Shown here: piece by piece, positions 54,746 to 64,000 of the stretch
Numbering within the stretch: the stretch's first letter is position 1
Layout: the number at the start of each line of letters is the position of its first letter
Assembly (NCBI GenBank): GCA_040357565.1
Contig: JBDODJ010000037.1
Source: Cercozoa sp. M6MM
Taxonomy: Eukaryota; Protista; Endomyxa: Ascetosporea
Length of the DNA stretch: 64,000 nucleotides
Direction: 5' to 3' (one strand)
Position numbers and translations under genes: made by a program
The notes under the pieces: generated by a model
What the model was told of the DNA's origin: nothing
What the model saw: only the letters and a program-made list of their open reading frames with translations
Databases searched by the model: none

Positions 54746-55297
54746 CTTCAACCTCGTATCTGTTGCGGAAAGCGACTGTTTGGACAGCAACGACTCTCAC
54801 GCACCATAATAGTATTTTTGAAATGAGTACGAGCCAGTTCAGCACTAATCCAGCCACGCCAGCGTTATTCGGACAGTCACCACGACTTTGGGCACACGTG
54901 AGTGCGTTCTTTGCTGTTGGAGCTCCGACTTTGTTTTTGTTTTTGTTTTTATTTTTTGAGTTTTGTTCGCCACACATCGATCAATACATGATGCACATAA
55001 CGTAATTATCGAAAACCTGGACACTCAACTACTGTAACTACGATCGTTAGGACCGCGTGATTGCGAGGGTAATTGAACCCTTCACTCCGCTCAAACAACT
55101 GAAGTGAATGCGGGTGAACGTGCACAGCGCAGTGACATCGTCTGCCCATTGCGCGTCGGTCAAAAACGAATATGTACTAGATACAGCAATGAATTCAAGG
55201 ATCGAGTTTCATCGCATCATGCGCCTGCTTGTATCACACAATGAATGAACCCAGCAGATGCAACGGTCCAAAGCAACTTGAAGGCCACAGGGTTGTT

Positions 55298-55887
55298 TTA
55301 CCTTCGACTGGCGGCCCGAACGGCGCAGCTGTGACCCAGTCTGGCTTCTTCCTGCTGCTGTTTTGATCGCGCAGCCAGAACCTTGACACCGCGTATGTGC
55401 ACGTCTCGTCCATTGAGGTACAGGTCATGCACGGTGAGCCGCAGCATCCGCAACTTGATTCTGCAAGTGAGTCCGATGTGGGTGGGTACAAGCAACATCA
55501 GCAACCGTACCGATCAGGCAGGCGGAACAAGACCCAACCCGTAGGATCGTCTAGCTGCACATGTGCGTGCACGAGTTCGAGCGACTCCTCGTCGGAGCCG
55601 CACTCGATCGACACGTGCAGTGGCGTGTAGCTCTCGTCCTGCTCGTAGTCACACAGAAAGGCGAGTGCGAGTACCTCGGTGCGCCCAGCGGCCGGTCGAA
55701 TCTCCAAGCAGTGCGGTGCCTCGCCGCAACTCTGCCAATACTCTTTCTCGTCACGTGACAGCAGCTGCCGCGTGCCGTAACCTGGCTTGGCTGATGACAG
55801 TTCAATGACGCACTCGCTGGTGATATCTCTGCCCACCGAGATGGCGCTCCACTCCCGTGCGATAACGTAACCCTCTTCGAACTGCAT
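55298..55887 (-). CDS. ANAPC10: Anaphase-promoting complex subunit 10 (DOC domain)
   Basis: LSSAKPGYG..QL......YWQS.G..PH, DYEQDESYTP, PTGWV and NGRDVHIRGVKV. Confidence 0.93.
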
Positions 55888-56211
55888 CGCTCTTTCGCGG
55901 AACCGTTAAAGCGTAACTTAGTTGACCTACGACAGCCACTTAATTCACAAGAAAAAAAAAACAATGGTTGCATGAAAGCAAACTAATCTGCTGACAATTT
56001 GTGAGTGATCCAAGCTGCTGGAGATACCAGAACAGGCATTAAGTCCAAAAAAGTACTGCACTGGCAGATAAGCACGACTTTCGTTGCACGATTCACTGGA
56101 AATATTATTGTGAACTTTTTGATAGTTTTGATCAGTCTGTTGTCGTGCGCGCGCGCATTTGAACCACTTGAGAGTGTCTGATACAGCAGTGGCACAGAAG
56201 CAGCACCCATA

Positions 56212-57636
56212 ATGCAAGGCCTACCCGAAATGTCGCGATGGCGCGATCTGTCTGCGTACCTGCGATTTTTGGGGTGGATTCCTTCACTGAGTACTCTCTA
56301 TTTGTCGAACAGCGCGCAGCTGAGCTACATGGCGACAGTTCACATATTTCCATTCTCGTGCATGGGTAATTGCAGGCTTGTCCCATATCTTTCTGTATCC
56401 TGAAAAATGTGCATGTGCATGTGTTGGACAGGCTTCACCGTCGGTGTAATGCAGCAGTTCAAGTACGCAGCCGAGCGCGACATTAACTTCTTTAGATCGT
56501 TGCGCAAGCTGCCTTTCGTTTTCTTCACTACAATGTACCACAAATGCCATTCATTGTGGAGTGTTGATGTTGAGTCCTGATGTGTACGCTGCAGCCCCTT
56601 CACCTTGTTCGGCGCCGTGAAGGCAGGCCTCCCCATGATGCGTGCCTACAAGTTCGATATGCTGCAAGGGTACATGACGCAACTTTTCTCTTTTAAAAAT
56701 GTGCTGACTGTACACGCGAGGCAGAGAGGAGACACCCAAGATGGCAACCCTGCTCCGCGAGAATCCGTACTTCCAACGCACAGCCTCGTTCCTGCGCAGC
56801 ATGCCCTTCGTTGGTACCGCTTTTCGATCCTTAAATCCTTCAACCCTTGAATTCCCGCTTGCTTTGCCTGGTGTAGATGATGTTTTGGCGGACCCGAGAT
56901 ACCCATTTGAAAAGCGGTACCTTGCATGTGTATCTGATAATACTGCTGTTTGTGCTGCCGACTTATCTGAGTGTTGGTAGAGAGTCGGACACATTGGCCG
57001 CAGTGTTTTTGGCATGGTGGTCCTGGGCGGTAACACAGGCGCACATCGTGTCCACCTTTGCGCCCTCACGGACCCCCGCTGGTACCCGCCTTTCTCACCT
57101 ACTGGGGTGTGTGTGAGTGCCCTTGTGTGCGTGTGTGTATGTGCCCTTGTGCGTGTGTGTGTGTGTGTGTACATGCTCTTGTATGTGCAGTACTGACCGT
57201 GATGCGACAGACGATGCATTTCCCGTTGTTGTACGTTGCGTCGATCGTATTCTTTGCTCCCTACCTGCGGTCACTCTGGGAAAATTTTGTCGTCGCCGAC
57301 GAAACCGACGACATGGTACCTCCCTTTGGTTTTCACTCGCTTCTTACTTTATCCCAACACAGAACGTGCACCACGCCTTGATTCAAGAACGCCTCATCAG
57401 CAACGCCAACGCCGTGCGGCAGACACTCCGCATCGCACAGCACCCGGGTGACGTGCGTGCCCTCAAGGTATCCTATACAGTCTTCACCCTTTGGACTAGT
57501 GTCTATGAGCCATGTGCATCAGTTCCTGTACAAAACCGACAAGGGTGCAACGTACGACATTCGAGACGCGGAGAAACTTGACGCCTACGAATCCGCCGTG
57601 CTGTTCGAACAGCGACTCGAGGCCGCCACCGAGTAG
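56212..57636 (+). CDS. Hypothetical multi-exon membrane protein; start uncertain
   Basis: Chain of short coding exons flanked by GT/AG. Hydrophobic segments LAAVFLAWWSWAV and FPLLYVASIVFFAPYL. Stop TAG at 57634-57636. No family recognised. Confidence 0.45.
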
Positions 57637-57919
57637 ACTGCGCGACTGACGCTGCTCGACCCATGTACCGATCGCAGGCTTCGATATGCACCGGACATTT
57701 CGTTCCTCGAACTCTCGGTTGTCCTTACGTTAAGCTTGGTTTCGTTTTCTGCGGTATGTATGACTCGTATCGGCGCTATCGTATCGGCGAGCGCGCACTG
57801 TACTCTACGCTAATTGCTCCGCTCAGCGGAGTTCGACGTCATGCGATGAACGGGTCGGGCCGGCACGCCGGCGCATGCATGAGAGGAGAGCGAACTGAAT
57901 GATACTAGTTTTATTCATA

Positions 57920-59208
57920 CTACATGTCGCGGGTCGTGTGCGTGGATGTTGCACGTTTGTACCTGCACAAAAAAGCATATACAAGTACATACACCTTTCA
58001 AACCCACGCATAAAAAGCCGCACATAAAACCCATGCGCAAAGCCACGCATAAATGACTGAGGTACGTGGTCTCCTTGCCGTCGTCGAACTTGGCTGCGAC
58101 ACGTGCGGCCATGAAGAGCCAGTCACTGCGAGTGCAAACACAATATAAATACAGTGCTTCCAAGGAAATGAACACAAAGTAAGACGTACGACAGGCGGTT
58201 GAGGTAGCGCGTCACAAGCGCGGCGTTCTCACACGTCTGATCACTCTCGATCTCACTCTCGGTATCACTCTCGGTGTCACTCGCGGTGTTTTCGTTGGTG
58301 TCGACGCCTGAGTCATCACGCACAAAAAGGGAGACAGCGCGCCGTTCCGCGCGACGGCACACTGTTCGACACACGTGCAACTGCGCTGCGGTCACACCTG
58401 CAGAGAAATGACGTGAGAGAGGCACACGGGGCACGAGGTACGTTTCACAAGTACCGCCACTGGGTAGAATGAATTCCTTCAACGGCGGCAACACCTGACT
58501 ACAAAGGCAATGGTTTGCATGCACCCACAAAACACATGCGCGAAAAACATGCAAACACGAGGGTACTCCCACTGGTCGATATCGTGCTCGAGACGAGCGA
58601 TGCTGTCGGCATCGAACGCAACGTTCGCGCGCTTGCGTTCGTTCGTGGTGCTACAATACCAACGGCAAAGGATACATGGGTAGTGGTACAACAAGGAAAG
58701 GGCCGAGAGAAACCTCGGCGTGGCGACAGCGCTGCCTACGTCGATAAGTCGTGACTGCACCTCGGCCAGGCGGTCACTCAACCTTCGTACGAACACACAA
58801 GGGCTGTTATTTGCCTGAGACAAATCAAACGGCTTGTTGGCACTTAGCACCCCTGCAGAGTATCAGTTTCAGCGTGTCGCTGGAGTAGCGTCAAATGCGC
58901 ACGCGCCAATCCAACGTTCGAATTTAACTCGTCGACATCGCCAAGCGTCTGCGCAACACACGGTCTCGGTCAGTTGGAGTGCGTGCGAGGTTGGAGGGTG
59001 GGTACCTTAAATACGGCGTCATCCTTGCGCCGGCGTTCGCCCGTGTACAACGAGGAGCGACCTTTATCACCCGTGCGCGTGTAGATCTGTATTCAAACAC
59101 AGAAAAACGTCAACTTTAAAGGACAGTTGCTTGACTTGGCCAGCATACCTTCATTGCAAAAAATCGTCTCTGTGCTGCACCAAACAGCAGATTCCGAGCC
59201 AGCAGCAT
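57920..59208 (-). CDS. MMAB: Mitochondrial ATP:cob(I)alamin adenosyltransferase (PduO/MMAB type)
   Basis: Presequence MLLARNLL...MK|IYTRTGDKG; GDVDELNS; QSRLIDVGS; [10 protein letters not shown]; [13 protein letters not shown]; YLNRLS|DWLF.AAR. Confidence 0.96.
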
Positions 59209-59500
59209 AAACAAACAAAAAGACTTGGGCGCGCTCAAGTCATTCTTGCCCGGATTCACATCGAATATCGCAATTCCATAAAAGCCAGGAAACAACCGGC
59301 ACTCAATTGGTCCAATAATTTGACTCGTCTTTACTGTACCGTACAAATTTATACTGGACCATACAGCACTAGTGTGAATTGCTGATCCACGAGGTTTAGC
59401 GGTTGACTTGCACCACGAGCACACCTAAGCTGCTGTTGTTACCAAAAATAATCTTGCACAAGCGATTGAGCCTTCCGCGCGGATACAAGTAGTCGGTGCT

Positions 59501-60152
59501 ATGGATCTGCTGAAGTCAATCGGTCACTCGCTCGTGTACGGTGACACGGATGGATCCGACAATCGGTACGACTGGGCTCTGTACCTTCGAGCGCACACAT
59601 CCGTGCTTTACCTGTGGTTGTGTAGCACGCTGCACATTGAAGGCCGTGATGTTCGCGTTGTCCGCCAGGTGTGCCAGCCACAGGAGTCAGTGTTGTGTGG
59701 TGTTTGAGCGTGTGTGTTCCTTAGATTGGTGAAGGCGGTTTCAGTTTCGTCTACGAAGCGCGCGATCACAACAATGTTGCCTACGCGCTCAAGAAGACTC
59801 TGGTACAGCAATGTGCCTGTGCAGACACATAGTTTGCGTACACGTGATATGTAGGCACAAGATGCCGATGCCAGAAGACTCGCGGCACAGGTACGAGTGT
59901 CCACAAAACGTGTGTGCATATTTGTGCATGGGCGCCGTGCAATGTGCAGGAAATCGACGCGATGCGCGCTGTGGCCAGCACTTCTGCCGGCGCTCGTCAC
60001 TGCGTGTACTCCTTCTCCTTCTGTGTATGTGCGTGTGTGTGTGTGTGTTTCTTTCACCTGCTTTGCCATCGCAGTCGCTTCTACGGTGCCGCATCGAAGC
60101 GTTCGCCCGATGGTCGTTGCACTGAGTACTGGTACGACTCCCCTGTACGTGT

Positions 60153-60207
<55 letters not shown>

Positions 60208-62355
60208 TTGCCCTGTCGCCCACTGTATGTATCTTACGAGGGTGCACATAGGATTTTGATGGAGTTCTGTGACCGCTCGCTGCTGGATGTGGTGCAAGCC
60301 TCGCTGAAACGCGGCGTCGTTTGGAAGGAAGAGCGGGTGCTCCGCGTCTTCCGTTCCGTTGTCGCTGGTGCGCTACTTGTCCTTTTCCTCTGCCCCCTTA
60401 ACTCTGTACTCACTCTGTCACAGGCGTGGCAGCGTTGCACTCGCTTAAACCTCTGCCGCTCGTGCACCGCGACGTCAAAATTGTACCATGCAAACGTACT
60501 GTTAGACAGTACGTTTCTACCGCTGGCTATGTGGACAGGAGAACGTGCTGTTGGACGCTAAGGGAGCGCCGAAACTGTGTGATTTCGGCAGTTGCATGCG
60601 CACGACTCGAGAGGTGGATTTACCCCTCCCTCTTTCTTTTCTTTTTACATCGGGTGTCGGATTAACTGCAGGGTGTGGTGTTGCACACGAGGAAGGAGAT
60701 CAACGAGCAGGAGGACCAGGTCAACAAGTTTACGACGCCAATGTACCGCGCTCCGGAACTTGTAAACCTGTACTCCAAGAAGGTACCGCCTGCTTATGCC
60801 TTTTGTGTTCATATGTGTGTCCATATGTACGGGACAAATGGATACCTGTAAGCCCAGCCAATTGGAACGCCAGTGGACGTGTGGGCACTCGGCTGCGTTC
60901 TCTTTGTGCTGTGCTTCCATGTGCACCCGTTCGAAGGTGCTTTGTCCTTGCCTTGCCGTTGCCCCCTCTCTAGTTTATATATATATATATATATATATAT
61001 GGACAAACAGAAGGCGGCGCCGCTCAAATCATGGGTGCCAATGTGAGGTAGGCTTTCATGTGTGTATACGTGTGTATGTGCGCGTGTATGTGTGTGTGTG
61101 TGTTGTCTCAATGGTATGAGCTGCTGGTAGGTGGCCCACGGCACCAAAGTTCGGCAAGCATGTGATTCGCACGATTCGTCGGTGTGTGCCTTTTGTCCGG
61201 TCCTTCCCTTGTGGGAATTAACACACGCACACACACTTCACAGTTGTTTGTCGGTGGACCCGCGCAAGCGACCAACGGCAGCCGAGTTGCTGCAGCACCT
61301 GGACTCGGTATCTCTACTTGTCTGCATCTTATTGCCCCTGAACCATGAATTTCTATGGGGTGGGGGATAGTTGTTGAGTGGCGGTGGCGGTACCTTGCGA
61401 CGACGACGTCAGCATGCCGCTCACAATGCCAACAATGCCACAAGCAGCAGTGCTAACCGAAGCACCTCGTGTTTAAACGATCTGACTGCTCCGTCAGTGT
61501 CGCGATCAGTGTGCCTGTTCTCGTTGTTGGATCCACTTGGGTCTCTTCTTGCATGCATTCTCTTTTATACTACAGGTCGACAGGTGCGTCGGTGGACGGC
61601 GATGATTGGGCATCCTTCGATACATTAGCCGTGTCTGAGGTGTGTCGACCCCTTTTTGTGTCCATTAGGAGGTGTGCCTGTGGTTGCAGACAACGGCCCG
61701 ACCGCAGCAGCCTCTGAGTGCCTCGCCTGACCCCAGCAGTCAAAACGGCCACCTGCGTAGCCACAGTGCCAATGAGCTGCAGAAAAGTACGCCGCCGCCT
61801 CCAGAGATGCTCCGCAAGCTCGGTGTGTCTGCATGTGCTCTTTCTCCCCCTCTGTCCTATGTGTGTTTGTACTTAGACGAGATGAGTCTGTCACGGCCGA
61901 GCAGTACACGTCGTCGCCGTCGCTCTATTCAGGTACAACGCGTCTGTTGCGCCGTCTCTGCATCTTGGCTAACACTGCAAGTTTCTCGCAGGGCTCGGCA
62001 ACCCCGTCGAATAGGAGTGTTGCCACACCTGTAAGCTCACTCATTGTCTTTGTGTGCTGCCTGTGATTTCCTAGTATCTGATCTCAATCACAGACACCAG
62101 CACAGACACAGTCGGATGGTTGGGCTGACTTTGGCTTCGACACCGAGACCAGCGACCAGCACCTGCAACACCACGCGCGTGCACGGTCACAACCATCGAC
62201 ACCTGCCGCGCATGTACACTTCCTCGTTTGGATGGGACGCATCAGGCGTGTGTCCTGTACAGGCGGCGCATTTCTCTATCTTGTAGAGTCCGCTGCCGCT
62301 GCACGCGGCTACGGGGCCGCGTGTCAACGTTGATGACTGGGCTTCTTTCGATTGA
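59501..62355 (+). CDS. Numb-associated kinase (AAK1/GAK/BIKE family)
   Basis: IGEGGFSFVY, YALKR, ILMEFC, HRDVKI|ENVLL, KLCDFGS, the NAK-specific activation-segment helix EINEQEDQVNKFTTPMYRAPE, and DVWALGC. The tail carries WxxF motifs. Confidence 0.92.
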
Positions 62356-62500
62356 ACAGCCCCGCCTTTGATTTGTGCTTTCACGCCGCTTTTTCTGTGC
62401 TAGTAATTGCAGTGACGGCGGTGCAGTTTATCAATGTAAAAAAACAATGCAGTGCGCCTCAAGCCCGACGCGAGACGCAAAATCCATTATACTATTTCAG

Positions 62501-62552
62501 TATTATCTCAGTTGTTCTATGTTTATGGCGATATTATCTCAGTTGTTCTATG
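62501..62552. repeat. 21-bp perfect direct repeat, intergenic
   Basis: tattatctcagttgttctatg at 62501-62521 and 62532-62552. Confidence 0.9.
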
Positions 62553-62743
62553 ACATCGCGCAAGGTAAATTTATGAATGATGATTTTTTAAAAAACCACA
62601 ACAATCGTAGCCAGCTGCCAAACAAGGCACGACAAGCCCTCTAGAACACGTCCACGTGTGTTGTAGTGTCATTTAGGCATTTTAAGTGCTGTAGAAGGTC
62701 GTGAAAAGACTTGTCTAGGGTCGACTGTTGGAGCACTTTTTGG

Positions 62744-64000
62744 ATGGAAGATCTCAAGCGCTTGGTCGCGTCCAAGAAGAACGCGCAGAAGCGTACTTGG
62801 CGACAGGCGTCGGCAACCGATCGAGCTGAGCGCACCTCAACTGAGAGCGCGCCGTTCGATGTGCCAAGACCGAAGCGACGTGAGACGGGTGGTGCGTCGA
62901 GTCGCCGCGACCTCTCGAGTGCTTCGTCATCGCGTTCCGCGCAGAGCTCGCGCAGCGCACGCCGAGCCGCTGCGAGTGAAAGCGAAAGCGAGCAAAACAA
63001 GGAACATCAAGAGAACGAGACCACCTCTATGCAGGGCAGCGAAGACACTGCCGTTGGCATGACACCCGAAGAAGTGACGTCCAAGTTGCGCGAGGTAGAA
63101 AGTCGTTTGTTCCCTGTGATTATTGTTGTGTTCATTTGTTGTTGTGCTGCAAAGTTGAGTCAACCAGTGCGCTTGTTTGCCGAGACCGAGCGCGGGCGGT
63201 GGTACCGTCTGCACCGCGTGCTGCGCGGTGATTTCTCGGCGGCCGCTGCACAGCAGAGTGACGCCGAGTACTTGCGTGCCACGCGCGACTCTGCCGCCAA
63301 GAAGTGCGTTTCTCCTCTTTGTCACTCTTTGCCTCGCATCACCTTTTACCCCCTCCCCCTATCTATTAGGGAAGCAGCTGCGCGCGAGAAGAAGCGCCGT
63401 TCCGTCAAGCGCATGCGCAAGTACGTCGCCTGGAGGTCTCGTGACGCTGTTCGCACCACTGCTGATTACGTATGTTGCGATTTCACTCTCTCGTCGCTCT
63501 TTCCCTCTTGACTTCTCTTTATTTCAACGCAGGTGCACTTCTTTATCAAGCGCGTCTTGCTCTTCTGGCAACTCGAACTCGCGCACGAAGCGCAGAAGGT
63601 AGCTTTCCGAGACTTGTCATATATACCTTGCTTGCTGTGTACTTTGAACTGACCCTCTTTCTTCTTGTACGTTTTAATGAATTGTGTGTGATTTCACTGT
63701 AGCACGTCGTTGCCGCTGCTGGCGATATCGAGGTAGTTTCTTTTTGACTGCGACGTTTATCTCTGAGCTTTTAACAAGCAAAATGGTGTATGTGTATGCG
63801 CAGTCGGTTGTGCTGCCGGAGGAACTGCGTCAGTCGCATGCGATGTGGAGTGAGACTCGGCGTGACCTGAGACCCTTCGTTCGTGATCTGTACTGCTTGT
63901 TGCTTTCTGTCCTACTTCAAGAAGTAGCATTACGTTCACGTGCACTCTGTGAGACAGAATGGATCGAACAATGGACGACACGATTGTGAAGAAGGCGGCT
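62744..64000 (+). CDS. PRPF18: Pre-mRNA splicing factor 18; runs off the window end
   Basis: SFM/PRP4 motif EEVTSKLRE|LSQPVRLFAET...RL, followed by FIKRVLLFWQLEL and ETRRDLRPFVRDL (Prp18 has QTESYLRPLFRKL). Confidence 0.85.

Overview
Gene-dense nuclear DNA of a unicellular eukaryote, not a prokaryote. It uses the standard genetic code, has very many short (about 50-100 nt) GT-AG introns and intronic (TG/CA)n microsatellites, and has scaffold N-gaps sitting on those microsatellites. I reconstructed about 19 spliced genes by hand. In order: the N-terminal half of a probable BEACH-family scaffold; a giant (~15 kb, ~30 introns, ~4,300 aa) type I surface protein; a Dsc3/TMUB-like ubiquitin-like membrane protein; DRC8/EFCAB2; an intron-containing, truncated Merlin (IS1595/ISXO2-type) transposase followed by a 56-bp tandem array; a divergent Ser/Thr kinase; an AP180/CALM ANTH protein; a universal stress protein; CSN1; an FN3 membrane protein; an ABCB half-transporter; an RS-domain transcriptional CDK with DLG instead of DFG; CYRI/FAM49; NDUFAF3; an RBM5/10-like splicing factor; APC10; a hypothetical membrane protein; MMAB; a NAK/AAK1 kinase; and PRP18. 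The gene content suggests an aerobic, B12-using amoeboflagellate, but taxonomy cannot be fixed from this window. The most novel-looking item is the giant receptor: fibro-slime/PA14 + legume lectin + ~11 filamin/Ig-like repeats + a long Cys-rich array + a ZU5/GAIN-like domain + TM. Also notable are the spliced Merlin element and an unusual GTRY 5' splice-site consensus with strand-biased intronic UG and C tracts. All family calls come from remembered motifs rather than database searches, and exon boundaries are manual.
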